Assembly: GCA_944385815.1 (NCBI GenBank)
Contig: CALWYQ010000156.1
Location: forward strand, 20,737 to 84,736
DNA from: an uncultured Oscillospiraceae bacterium
Lineage (GTDB): Bacteria > Bacillota > Clostridia > Oscillospirales > Oscillospiraceae
DNA: 64,000 bases
Direction of reading: 5' to 3'
In this document: piece after piece, positions 19,229 to 28,412 of the stretch
Layout of the letters: each line of letters begins with the position of its first letter
Numbering within the stretch: the stretch's first letter is position 1
The notes under the pieces: model-generated
Told to the model about the DNA's origin: nothing
The model's database searches: none
What the model saw: the letters and a program-made list of their open reading frames with translations, nothing else
Program-made: the position numbers and the translations under genes

Positions 19229-19645
19229 GTGACTCAGTTTGCCGTACTTAAAAGGCTGACCGGCCCCGACAGGGCCGAGGTTGAGGTGCTGCGCGGCACC
19301 GCCTGCGGAGGCGACTGCGGCAGCTGCGAGGCCTGCCACTACACGAGCAAGATACGCGTAGAGGCGCGCAACGACATTGGCGCCCAGCCCGGCGACCGCG
19401 TGGAGATAGAAGCGCGCACGTCTAAGGTGCTCGGCGCGGCGGTGCTTGTATACGTCGTGCCCTTCGTGCTGTTCTTCATCGGCTACGCCATAGCGGCGGC
19501 GTCCGGCCTCGGCGAGGGGCTCAGCATGGTCATAAGCTTCGCCTTCTTCGCCGCCGGCATGGGGATAGCCGTGTTCGTCGGCCGGAGGAAGAAAAATCCC
19601 ATAACCTACAGCATTACCAGCATAATCGGGCACGAGGCGGTGTGA
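19229..19645 (+). CDS. RseC/MucC-family (SoxR-reducing-system-like) membrane protein
   Basis: It has an N-terminal Cys cluster CGGDCGSCEAC followed by two TM helices. Confidence 0.65.
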   Translation: MTQFAVLKRLTGPDRAEVEVLRGTACGGDCGSCEACHYTSKIRVEARNDIGAQPGDRVEIEARTSKVLGAAVLVYVVPFVLFFIGYAIAAASGLGEGLSMVISFAFFAAGMGIAVFVGRRKKNPITYSITSIIGHEAV

Positions 19646-19646
19646 T

Positions 19647-20537
19647 ATGATAAAGAGCATGACAGGCTACGGCTCCGCCAAGGGCGAGGCCGCCGGCCTT
19701 GCGCTCAGCGTGGAGCTCAAGAGCGTGAACAACCGCTATTTAGACGTTTCCGTAAAGCTCCCGAGGGCGCTTATGTTCGCTGAGGAGCCGATAAGGAGCG
19801 CCGTAGCGAAGCATATAAGCCGCGGCAAGGTGGACGTGTTTGTGACCGCCGGCGCCGGCGCGTCGGACAGCGTCGAGGTCCGCCTCAACAGCGCGCTGCT
19901 GCGCGGCTACCTCGAGGCTGTAAACAAAGCGCGCGCGGAGATAGCCGGAAGCTGCGGCGTCGCGGACGACGTGAGCATAATGAGCCTCTGCCGCATGCCT
20001 GACGTGCTGAGCACGGAGCGGCGCGAGCTGGACGCAGACGAGCTCACGCGCGGCCTCCTGGCCATATTGGAGGAGGCGCTGGCGGGCTACGACGCCATGC
20101 GCGCGCGCGAGGGCGCAAGGCTGCGCGACGACGTCTGCTCCAGGCTTGACGAGATCGAGCGCCTCACGGGCGTAGTTGAGCGCCGCTCGCCGCAGACGGT
20201 CGCCGAGTACCGCGCAAGGCTCGAGGCAAAGCTGCGCGAGACCCTTGAGGGCATACCGGCCGACGACGCGCGCGTGCTTACCGAGTGCGCCATATTCGCC
20301 GACCGCGTGGCGGTGGACGAGGAGACCGTCAGGCTGCGCAGCCATATTTCCCAGCTGCGCGGCATGGCCGAGGGCGCCTCGCCAATAGGGCGGAAGATGG
20401 ATTTCCTCATCCAGGAGCTCAACCGCGAGAGCAATACCATCGGCTCCAAGTGCCAGAGCGCGGACATCGCCCGCGTGGTGGTGGACCTCAAGGCGGAGAT
20501 AGAAAAGATTCGCGAGCAGATTCAGAACGTGGAGTAA
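19647..20537 (+). CDS. yicC: YicC/YloC family stress-induced endoribonuclease
   Basis: It has the MIKSMTGYG N-terminus and the C-terminal GRKMDFLIQELNRESNTIGSK motif. Confidence 0.88.
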   Translation: MIKSMTGYGSAKGEAAGLALSVELKSVNNRYLDVSVKLPRALMFAEEPIRSAVAKHISRGKVDVFVTAGAGASDSVEVRLNSALLRGYLEAVNKARAEIAGSCGVADDVSIMSLCRMPDVLSTERRELDADELTRGLLAILEEALAGYDAMRAREGARLRDDVCSRLDEIERLTGVVERRSPQTVAEYRARLEAKLRETLEGIPADDARVLTECAIFADRVAVDEETVRLRSHISQLRGMAEGASPIGRKMDFLIQELNRESNTIGSKCQSADIARVVVDLKAEIEKIREQIQNVE

Positions 20538-20539
20538 GA

Positions 20540-20803
20540 ATGCTGATAAACATCGGATTTGGAAGCTTTGTCGCCTCGGAGCGGCTGGTCAGCGTGCTCA
20601 GCCCGGACTCCGCGCCGATAAAGCGCATGGTGCAGGACTCGCGCGAGCGCGGCCGCCTTATCGACGCGAGCTATGGGCGCAAGACCCGCAGCGTGCTTGT
20701 TACGGACGGCGGCTGCGTAATCCTCTCCGCGCTGACGAGCGAAGCGCTCGCCGAGCGCATGGGCTACACATCTGAGGGGGAGACTGAGTATGAGCAGGAC
20801 TGA
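20540..20803 (+). CDS. remA: RemA/YlzA (DUF370) extracellular-matrix regulatory protein
   Basis: It begins MLINIGFGSFVASERLVSVLSPDSAPIKRMV. It lies between yicC and gmk, as in Bacillus. Only the last 87 codons of track ORF 20285..20803 are real. Confidence 0.88.
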   Translation: MLINIGFGSFVASERLVSVLSPDSAPIKRMVQDSRERGRLIDASYGRKTRSVLVTDGGCVILSALTSEALAERMGYTSEGETEYEQD

Positions 20804-21404
20804 AAAGGGCAAGCTTCTCGTCATATCCGGCCCCTCCGGCGCCGGAAAGAGCACGGTCATAGGCCGGCTTATGGAAAAGCGCAGCGACGTGTGCTTTTCC
20901 GTCTCTGTTACGACCCGCCAGCCCAGGCAGGGCGAGCAGGAGGGCGTGGACTACTTCTTTGTCACGCCGCAGCATTTTCAGGAGCTGGCCGAGGGCGGCT
21001 ACCTCCTTGAGCACGCCGAGTATGTGGGCAACCGCTACGGAACGCCCCGCGGCTACGTAGAGCAGCGCCGGCTTGAGGGCAAGACCGTCATCCTGGACAT
21101 AGAGGTCCAGGGCGCGGGCCAGATATGCAAAAACTGCCCCGACGCGGTCACGGTCTTTATCCTCCCGCCCTCCGGCGCGGAGCTTGAGCGCCGCCTGAGG
21201 CACCGCAATACGGACTCGGACGAAAAAATACGTGAACGTCTTTTGCAGGCCAAGCGCGAATGCGCCGAGGCCGGGAAGTACGGATATATAGTCGTCAACG
21301 ACGACCCAGCCGCCGCCGCCGCGGAGTTGGACGCGATACTCACCGCGGAAAAATGCCGCACGGCGGACAGGATAAATCTTGTTACAGAGGTGCTTATATC
21401 ATGA
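20790..21404 (+). CDS. gmk: Guanylate kinase
   Basis: It has the P-loop ISGPSGAGKST and SVSVTTRQPRQGE. Confidence 0.92.
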   Translation: MSRTEKGKLLVISGPSGAGKSTVIGRLMEKRSDVCFSVSVTTRQPRQGEQEGVDYFFVTPQHFQELAEGGYLLEHAEYVGNRYGTPRGYVEQRRLEGKTVILDIEVQGAGQICKNCPDAVTVFILPPSGAELERRLRHRNTDSDEKIRERLLQAKRECAEAGKYGYIVVNDDPAAAAAELDAILTAEKCRTADRINLVTEVLIS

Positions 21405-21598
21405 TGCTCTATCCCCCCATGGCCGAGCTTGTACAGAAGGTCGGCAGCCGCTACCTGCTTGTGAACCTTGTCGCCCGCCGCGCGCGCGACATTTCCCAGA
21501 AGGCCGAGGACGCCGGCGAGCCGCTTGAGCGCAAGCCCATTTCCATCGCCGTAGACGAGGTCTATACCGGCAAGCTGAAGATAAAGGAGGAACAGTGA
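21401..21598 (+). CDS. rpoZ: DNA-directed RNA polymerase subunit omega
   Basis: It encodes 65 aa, MMLYPPMAELVQKVGSRYLLVNLVARRARDI. The ATG overlaps the gmk stop (ATGA). It is the last part of track ORF 21260..21598. Confidence 0.88.
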   Translation: MMLYPPMAELVQKVGSRYLLVNLVARRARDISQKAEDAGEPLERKPISIAVDEVYTGKLKIKEEQ

Positions 21599-21642
21599 CG
21601 GCTTATGCCGCCGCTGTCCTTTTGCGCGTTTGGGCCGGGTAA

Positions 21643-23889
21643 ATGACGGAGCTGACGATAGCCAGAATAGCCGTTAGCGGCGTCCCCTTCCGCCTGGACA
21701 GGCCCTATGACTATGCCATACCGGCTTCGCTCGCCGGTGCGGTCAGGCCAGGCGTGCGCGTTATGGTGCCATTTGGGCGGGCGAACCGCCCCGCCGAGGG
21801 CATCGTCCTTGCCCACGCGGAGGCGAGCGCCTTTGACAAGCTCAAGCCCGTTTCGTCCGTGCTGGACGCCGAGCCGCTGCTGGACGCGGAGATGCTTGCG
21901 CTGGCCATGTGGATGCACGAGCGCTTTTTCTGCACGGTGTACGAGGCCGTCAAGGCCATGCTGCCCTCAGGGCTCTGGTTCAGGGGCGGCAAGCGCCGCG
22001 TAAACGAGAAGTACGTCTCCGTCGCGTCCCTCGCCGTGCCCTCGGAGGAGGCCGCCGAGGCCGCCGAGCGCAAAAGGCGCAAAGCGCCCCAGCAGGCGGA
22101 GCTGCTGCGCACGCTCTGCGCCGTAGGCAGGGCGAGCGCCGCGGAGCTGCGGGAATTTACCGGGGCCTCGGCGCAGAGCCTCAGGGCGCTGGTGAGCCAG
22201 GGCTTTGTGACATTGGAGGACGAGGAGGTATTCCGCCGCCCAGAGGTCAGGGCCGCGCACGAGGCCCTGCCGGAGCTGAACGAAAGCCAGCGCAGCGCCT
22301 TCGAGGGCATAGACGCCCTCACAGGGTCGGGCAGGGCCGGAGCGGCGCTGCTCTTCGGCGTCACGGGCTCGGGCAAGACCACCATCTACATCCGCCTCAT
22401 AGCCTCGCAGCTCGCCCGCAACCGCGGCTGCATACTCTTAGTGCCGGAGATAGCCCTCACGCCGCAGATGCTGCGCACCTTTGCATCGCACTTCGGCGAC
22501 GAGATCGCCGTGCTGCACTCGAGCCTTTCGGCCGGGGAGCGCTTTGACGAGTGGCGCAGAATAAAAAGCGGCGCGGCCCGCGTGGTGATAGGCACGCGCA
22601 GCGCCGTGTTCGCCCCAGTCTCCGAGCTCGGGCTTATTATCATCGACGAGGAGCAGGAGGACACGTACAAAAGCGAGAATGCCCCGCGCTACCACGCGAG
22701 GGACGTGGCGAAGTACCGCTGCGCAAGGCACGGCGCCCTGCTGCTGCTCGGCTCGGCCACGCCGGATATAGAGAGCCGGTATTTCGCGGGGACGGGGCGC
22801 TACGGCTTTTTCACCCTGCCGGGGCGCTACAACGAGCAGTCCCTGCCCAATGTCGAGATAGTTGACCTCAAGCGCGAGCTGCGCGCCGGGAACGGCGGGT
22901 CCATAAGCTCAAGGCTGCGCGCCGAATTGGAGGAGAACCTCGCCCGCGGCGAGCAGAGCATACTGTTCATAAACCGCCGCGGCGCGAACAAGCTTGTGAC
23001 CTGTGTGGAATGCGGCTACAGCTACCGCTGCCCGAACTGCTCGGTCAGCCTCACCTTTCACAGCTTTGAGCGCAGGCTGAAATGCCACCACTGCGGCTAT
23101 TCGCGCCCGCTTGACGAGCGCTGCCCGGACTGCGGCGGCGCGCTCAAGTTTGTGGGCGCGGGGACGCAGAAGGTGGAGGAGGAGCTCCGCGCGCTCTTCC
23201 CGGACGCCGGGGTGCTGCGCATGGATACGGATACCGTAGCGGAGGCCGGCGGGCACGACAAGCTGTTAGAGCGCTTCCGCTCCGAGAGAATACCCATCAT
23301 GGTGGGCACGCAGATGGTCACCAAGGGCCTCAATTTTGAGAACGTCACCTTAGTCGGCGTGATATGCGCCGACCAGGGCCTGTACGCGGGAGACTACCGC
23401 GCGAGCGAGAGGACCTTCTCGCTTATAACCCAGGTCGTCGGCCGCTCCGGCCGCTTTTCAAAGCCGGGCCGCGCCGTCATCCAGACCTATACGCCGGAGA
23501 ATGAGACCATTTGCCAGGCCGCGAGGCAGGATTACGAGAGCTTTTACCGTTCGGAGATCGAGCTGCGCCGGCTTCAGGCCCTGCCGCCCTTCACCGAGCT
23601 GCTGAGCGTCACGCTCTCCGGGCTCGACGAGGCGCAGGTGCTCGACTGCGCGGTGAGGATAAAGTCCCGCCTCGACGCCGCCGCCGCGCATAGCCCGGGC
23701 TCGAGAGTGCTCGGCCCCGCGCCCCTGGCCATACTCAAGATAAACAACAACTACCGCTACCGCGTTACGCTCTGCGCCCCGCCTGCCGCGGGCCTGCGCC
23801 GCTTTGTTGCAGACATAGTCCTGCGAGCCGGGGAAAGCAGGCTTTTTAAGGGCGTAAACGTGTACGCAGATACGAACGCGGCGGATTAA
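21643..23889 (+). CDS. priA: Primosomal replication-restart helicase PriA
   Basis: It has Walker A GVTGSGKT, a DEEQE box and a Cys-rich zinc region (CVECGYSYRCPNCSVSLTFH...CHHCGY...CPDCGG). Confidence 0.92.
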   Translation: MTELTIARIAVSGVPFRLDRPYDYAIPASLAGAVRPGVRVMVPFGRANRPAEGIVLAHAEASAFDKLKPVSSVLDAEPLLDAEMLALAMWMHERFFCTVYEAVKAMLPSGLWFRGGKRRVNEKYVSVASLAVPSEEAAEAAERKRRKAPQQAELLRTLCAVGRASAAELREFTGASAQSLRALVSQGFVTLEDEEVFRRPEVRAAHEALPELNESQRSAFEGIDALTGSGRAGAALLFGVTGSGKTTIYIRLIASQLARNRGCILLVPEIALTPQMLRTFASHFGDEIAVLHSSLSAGERFDEWRRIKSGAARVVIGTRSAVFAPVSELGLIIIDEEQEDTYKSENAPRYHARDVAKYRCARHGALLLLGSATPDIESRYFAGTGRYGFFTLPGRYNEQSLPNVEIVDLKRELRAGNGGSISSRLRAELEENLARGEQSILFINRRGANKLVTCVECGYSYRCPNCSVSLTFHSFERRLKCHHCGYSRPLDERCPDCGGALKFVGAGTQKVEEELRALFPDAGVLRMDTDTVAEAGGHDKLLERFRSERIPIMVGTQMVTKGLNFENVTLVGVICADQGLYAGDYRASERTFSLITQVVGRSGRFSKPGRAVIQTYTPENETICQAARQDYESFYRSEIELRRLQALPPFTELLSVTLSGLDEAQVLDCAVRIKSRLDAAAAHSPGSRVLGPAPLAILKINNNYRYRVTLCAPPAAGLRRFVADIVLRAGESRLFKGVNVYADTNAAD

Positions 23890-23900
23890 GGAGGATAAAT

Positions 23901-24416
23901 ATGGCGCTTCGTAATATAGTCCACGAGGGCGACACGGTGCTGCACAAGCATTGCCGCCCTGTCACCAACTTTGACGGCAGGCTTGCCATGCTGCTTGACG
24001 ACATGCGCGAGACCCTCGCTGAGGCCGACGGCGTCGGCCTCGCCGCTCCGCAGGTCGGCGTGCTGCGCCGCGCTGTCATCGTGCTGGAGACCAACGTCCC
24101 CGAAGGCGAGGAGCCGCGCGTGATCGAGCTCATAAACCCGGAGATCATATCTTCGGACGGCGAGCAGACCGGCCCCGAGGGCTGCCTCTCGCTGCCGGGC
24201 CGCTTCGGCCTTGTAAAGCGCCCGATGGACGTCACCGTCCGCGCGCAGGACAGGCACGGCAACACCTTCGAGGTCAGCGGGCACGAGCTCACGGCGCGCT
24301 GCTTCTGCCACGAGATAGACCACCTTGAGGGCACGATGTTCACCGACTGCGCGCTGCGCATGCTCAGCGACGATGAGCTTGAGACCGGCTCCTGGCAGGA
24401 CGAGGTGGAAGCTTGA
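23901..24416 (+). CDS. def: Peptide deformylase
   Basis: It has the motifs GVGLAAPQ, EGCLS and HEIDHL. Confidence 0.93.
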   Translation: MALRNIVHEGDTVLHKHCRPVTNFDGRLAMLLDDMRETLAEADGVGLAAPQVGVLRRAVIVLETNVPEGEEPRVIELINPEIISSDGEQTGPEGCLSLPGRFGLVKRPMDVTVRAQDRHGNTFEVSGHELTARCFCHEIDHLEGTMFTDCALRMLSDDELETGSWQDEVEA

Positions 24417-25336
24417 GCCTCAGGGTTGTGTTTATGGGCACCCCGGACTTTGCGGCGGCAAGCCTCCGCGCGGTGCTGGACGCGGGCTATGAGGTCGCCG
24501 GCGTGTTTACCCAGCCGGACAAGCCGAAGGGCCGAGGCATGAAGCTGGCCGCCTGCGAGACAAAGGCCCTCGCGCTCGAGCGCGGCCTGCCGGTGTATCA
24601 GCCGGCGAGCGTCAGGACGCCGGAGGCGCTGGAGCTTATGAAAAGCCTCGCGCCGGACGTGCTGTGCGTCGTCGCCTACGGCAAGCTGCTGCCGGATGAG
24701 CTCCTTGCCGTGCCCAAATACGGCGCGGTGAACGTCCACGGCTCGCTGCTGCCCAAATACCGCGGCGCGGCGCCGATACAGTGGTCGGTTTTGAACGGCG
24801 ACGAGTACGCCGGGGTCACGACCATGTACCTCGCGCACGATATGGACGCCGGGGACATTATTTTCCGCGAGGCCACGCCCGTAGGCGAGTATGAGACGGC
24901 GGGCGAGCTTTTCGACCGCCTTGCGGACATGGGCGCGAAGCTTTTGTGCAGGACTCTTGCGGCCATAGAGGACGGCAGCGCGCCGCGCGAGGCCCAGAAC
25001 GAGGCCGAGGCGAGCTATGTCGGCCAGCTGGACAAGAGCCTCTGCCCCATAGACTGGACGCAGCCGCCGCGCGCGGTAATAAAGCATATCTGCGGGCTGA
25101 ACCCCTGGCCCGTGGCGGTCATGGACTTAAACGGCGAGAAAATAAAGGTCTTTGCCGCGCGCCACACCGAAAACAGGACGGACAAGGCCCCCGGCAGCGT
25201 GGTTTCCGCGGGGAAGGCCGGGCTCGAGATAGCCTGCGGCGGCGGGGGGACGGTTATGATAACCGAGCTCCAGGCCCCGGGCAAAAAACGCATGAGCGCG
25301 CACGACTATCTTGTCGGCCACCCGGTGAGCGTATGA
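24413..25336 (+). CDS. fmt: Methionyl-tRNA formyltransferase
   Basis: It has VVFMGTPDFA, NVHGSLLPKYRGAAPIQ and the def-fmt pairing. Confidence 0.92.
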   Translation: MSLRVVFMGTPDFAAASLRAVLDAGYEVAGVFTQPDKPKGRGMKLAACETKALALERGLPVYQPASVRTPEALELMKSLAPDVLCVVAYGKLLPDELLAVPKYGAVNVHGSLLPKYRGAAPIQWSVLNGDEYAGVTTMYLAHDMDAGDIIFREATPVGEYETAGELFDRLADMGAKLLCRTLAAIEDGSAPREAQNEAEASYVGQLDKSLCPIDWTQPPRAVIKHICGLNPWPVAVMDLNGEKIKVFAARHTENRTDKAPGSVVSAGKAGLEIACGGGGTVMITELQAPGKKRMSAHDYLVGHPVSV

Positions 25337-26616
25337 ACAGGGCTCGCGAGGCAGCGCTGGACGCCGCCGCCCTGCTCAGGCGCGGCAGCTTTTCCACAGA
25401 GGCGCTCGAGACCGCGGCGGCCGTGGCGCAGCTCGACCGGCGCGATGCGGCGCTGTGCGCGAGGATAGTGCTCTCCACGGTGCAGAACCTCGGCTATATC
25501 GACTATGTCCTCTCGCTTTACAGCAAAACAAGGCTGCAAAAGCTTGAAGCCACGGTTTTAGACATACTTCGCATCTCCGCGGCGCAGCTGCTCTACCTCG
25601 ACCGGGTGCCGGCCGGGGCCGCCGTGAGCGAGGGAGTCGAGCTCTGCCGCACGAGGGGCAAGGCCCGCGCGGCGGGGCTTGTGAACGGCGTATTGCGCCG
25701 GGTGGCGGAAAACCGGCATAATATCCCCGAGGTGCCCGGCGCCGGCACGGCGGAGCACCTCTCCGTAAAATACAGCCACCCGCTCTGGCTTACCCGCTAT
25801 CTTGCCGGGCGGCGCGGGTATGAGGGCGCCGGGGCCGTGCTGCGCGAGGATAACGCCATGCCTCCGCTGACGCTTCAGGTAAATACCCTTAAAATAACGC
25901 CGGAGGAGCTTTCATCGAGGCTTGAGGCCGCCGTCCCGGGGATAAGGCCCGGGCTCTGCCGCGCGTCCTTTGACCTTGAGGGCGCGGGCGCGGTAGAAGG
26001 CCTGCCGGGCTACGGCGAGGGACTTTTTTATGTGCAGGACGCCGCGGCCAGGCTGGCCGTCGAGACGGCGGCGCCCGAAAAGGGCATGAGCGTGCTCGAC
26101 GCCTGCTCTGCGCCCGGCGGGAAGAGCTTCGCTGCCGCCATACGCATGGGCGGGGAGGGGCGCATACTCGCCTGCGACCTGAAGGAAAAACGCCTCAGGC
26201 GCGTCTCGGAGGGCGCGGAGAGGCTGGGCCTCGGCATTATAAGCACCCGGACAATGGACGCGCGCAGGCCGCCGGAGGAACTTAACGGGGCCTTCGACGT
26301 CGTAATAGCGGACGCGCCCTGCTCGGGGCTCGGCGTAATACGGCGGAAGCCGGAGATTCGCTTCAAGACGCCGGAGGAGATAGATGGCCTGCCGGAGATC
26401 CAGCTCGGCATACTCCGCGGCCTCGCTGCCTGCGTAAAGCCGGGCGGGACGCTGCTGTATTCAACCTGTACGCTGTTAGAGAGGGAAAACGAGGAAGTTA
26501 TAAGGGCCTTTCTTGGCTCCGACAGCGGCTTTACGGCCGAAACGGAGCGCACGCTCTGGCCGGATACGGATAAAACGGACGGATTTTTCATATGCAGGAT
26601 GGTAAAATCAATTTAA
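25333..26616 (+). CDS. rsmB: 16S rRNA (cytosine967-C5)-methyltransferase RsmB
   Basis: It has an NusB-like N-terminal domain and SAM-MTase motifs DACSAPGGK, DAPCSGLGV and YSTCT. ATG 25333 overlaps the fmt stop (ATGA). Track ORF 24946..26616 over-extends into fmt. Confidence 0.9.
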   Translation: MNRAREAALDAAALLRRGSFSTEALETAAAVAQLDRRDAALCARIVLSTVQNLGYIDYVLSLYSKTRLQKLEATVLDILRISAAQLLYLDRVPAGAAVSEGVELCRTRGKARAAGLVNGVLRRVAENRHNIPEVPGAGTAEHLSVKYSHPLWLTRYLAGRRGYEGAGAVLREDNAMPPLTLQVNTLKITPEELSSRLEAAVPGIRPGLCRASFDLEGAGAVEGLPGYGEGLFYVQDAAARLAVETAAPEKGMSVLDACSAPGGKSFAAAIRMGGEGRILACDLKEKRLRRVSEGAERLGLGIISTRTMDARRPPEELNGAFDVVIADAPCSGLGVIRRKPEIRFKTPEEIDGLPEIQLGILRGLAACVKPGGTLLYSTCTLLERENEEVIRAFLGSDSGFTAETERTLWPDTDKTDGFFICRMVKSI

Positions 26617-27653
26617 GGGATCTCCTGCCGGAGGAGCTTTCCGCCGCGCTCGCGGAGCTCGGCCAGCCCGCGTTCAGGGCGGGCCAGGTGTTCGACTGGC
26701 TCAGCCGCGGCGCCGAGAGCTTTGACGGGATGACGAACCTCCCCAAGGCGCTCAGGGCGGCGCTTGCGGAGAGGTATTATCTCGGCACGCCCAGGGTGCT
26801 GAAAAAGCAGGTTTCCGCCGGGGACGGCACGATAAAGTATCTCTGGGGCCTCAGGGACGGCAACGCCGTGGAGACCGTCGTCATGCGCTATCACTACGGC
26901 AACAGCGTGTGCATCTCCACGCAGGTCGGCTGCCGCCAGGGCTGCGCCTTCTGCGCCTCGACCATAGGCGGGCTGGTGCGCAGCCTCGAGCCGGGCGAAA
27001 TGCTCGAGGAGGTCATGTTCTCCGAAAAGGAGTCCGGGCTCAAAATCGGGCATATCGTGCTCATGGGCATAGGCGAGCCGCTTGACAACTTTGACAATGT
27101 CATAAAGTTCCTGCGCCTTGTGAACCACCCAAAGGGCATGAACATAGGCATGAGGCATATCTCGCTTTCCACCTGCGGGCTCACAGAAAAATTTGACAAG
27201 CTGGCCGAGCTTAATTTACAATTGACCTTGTCGGTATCCCTCCACGCGCCGGACGACGAGACGCGCACGCGCATCATGCCGGCGAACCGGGGCAGGGGCG
27301 TGGAGCGGCTTATGGACAGCTGCGAGGCCTATTTTAAAAAGACGGGCCGGCGCATATCCTTTGAGTACGCCATGATAGACGGCGTGAACGACTCGCCGGA
27401 GCAGGCGGCGCTGCTCGCGAGGCACGCTGCGCGCGTCGGCGCGCACGTAAACCTCATACCGCTCAACCACGTCGACGAGAGCCCGCTCAGGCCGACGCCG
27501 CCGGAGCGGATAGCCGCCTTTAAAAAGGCCCTCGAGCGCGAGGGCGTGAACGTAACCGTGCGCCGCAGGCTCGGCGGGGACATAGACGCCTCCTGCGGCC
27601 AGCTCAGGAAAAAGACCGCCGACGCGCTTCGCGCGGGAACGGAGAGGGAATGA
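26592..27653 (+). CDS. rlmN: 23S rRNA/tRNA (adenine-C2)-methyltransferase RlmN (radical SAM)
   Basis: It has the radical SAM cluster motif CRQGCAFC, plus GIGEPL and the C-terminal DIDASCGQL. Confidence 0.92.
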   Translation: MQDGKINLRDLLPEELSAALAELGQPAFRAGQVFDWLSRGAESFDGMTNLPKALRAALAERYYLGTPRVLKKQVSAGDGTIKYLWGLRDGNAVETVVMRYHYGNSVCISTQVGCRQGCAFCASTIGGLVRSLEPGEMLEEVMFSEKESGLKIGHIVLMGIGEPLDNFDNVIKFLRLVNHPKGMNIGMRHISLSTCGLTEKFDKLAELNLQLTLSVSLHAPDDETRTRIMPANRGRGVERLMDSCEAYFKKTGRRISFEYAMIDGVNDSPEQAALLARHAARVGAHVNLIPLNHVDESPLRPTPPERIAAFKKALEREGVNVTVRRRLGGDIDASCGQLRKKTADALRAGTERE

Positions 27654-28387
27654 ACAGCTTTGGCATCACAGACAGGGGAGCTGTGAGGCGGGATAACCAG
27701 GACAGCTTCCTCATAGAGCGGCTCGACGAGCGCTCCTGCGTCATAGCCGTGCTCTGCGACGGTATGGGCGGCGAGAAGGCCGGCAACATCGCAAGCGACC
27801 TTGCGGCAAAGACCTATGCCGGCGAGCTCCGGCAGAGCATCCTCGAGGCGAGGAAGCGGCGGCCGGACATTAAGGCGATGATGGAGGCGGCCTGCGAGAG
27901 CGCAAACCGCATGATATACTCCTACTCCTGCTTTGACACGGACTATACCGGCATGGGCACGACGCTGGTCTCCGCGGTCATTTACGGCGAGTCGGTGTAT
28001 GTGCTCAACGTGGGCGACAGCCGCTGCTACAAGCTCACGCGCAGGCGCATCCAGCAGGTCACGCGCGACCATTCGCTTGTGCAGGACATGGTCGACCGCG
28101 GCGAGATAAGCCCGGAGCAGGCTCGCACGCACCCGCGCAGGAACGTTATAACCCGCGCGCTCGGCGTAAACGAGCTTGTGCCCTGCGACATATTCACGCC
28201 AAGGCTTCAGCGCGGCGAGCTGCTGCTGCTCTGCTCGGACGGGCTGACGAATATGCTGGCGGACGAGGAGATCTTAGCCCTCTACCGCAGGAACACTGAC
28301 CCCCTCTCCCTCGGCCGCGCCCTCATGGCCGAGGCGCTCAGGCGCGGAGCGAGGGACAACGTTACGATAGTTATCATTTCCAAATAA
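27650..28387 (+). CDS. stp: PP2C-family Ser/Thr phosphatase (Stp/PrpC)
   Basis: It has RRDNQDSF, DGMGG and CSDGL motifs and is coupled to the downstream Hanks kinase. Confidence 0.9.
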   Translation: MNSFGITDRGAVRRDNQDSFLIERLDERSCVIAVLCDGMGGEKAGNIASDLAAKTYAGELRQSILEARKRRPDIKAMMEAACESANRMIYSYSCFDTDYTGMGTTLVSAVIYGESVYVLNVGDSRCYKLTRRRIQQVTRDHSLVQDMVDRGEISPEQARTHPRRNVITRALGVNELVPCDIFTPRLQRGELLLLCSDGLTNMLADEEILALYRRNTDPLSLGRALMAEALRRGARDNVTIVIISK

Positions 28388-28412
28388 ATCCCCGGAACGT
28401 TTGGAGGCAGCC

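Noticed and set aside
24946-25332. An apparent 129-codon N-terminal extension of rsmB (track ORF 24946-26616).
   Set aside because: The extension lies wholly inside fmt in another frame. RsmB homology starts at MNRAREAALDAAA, and ATG 25333 forms an ATGA overlap with the fmt stop.
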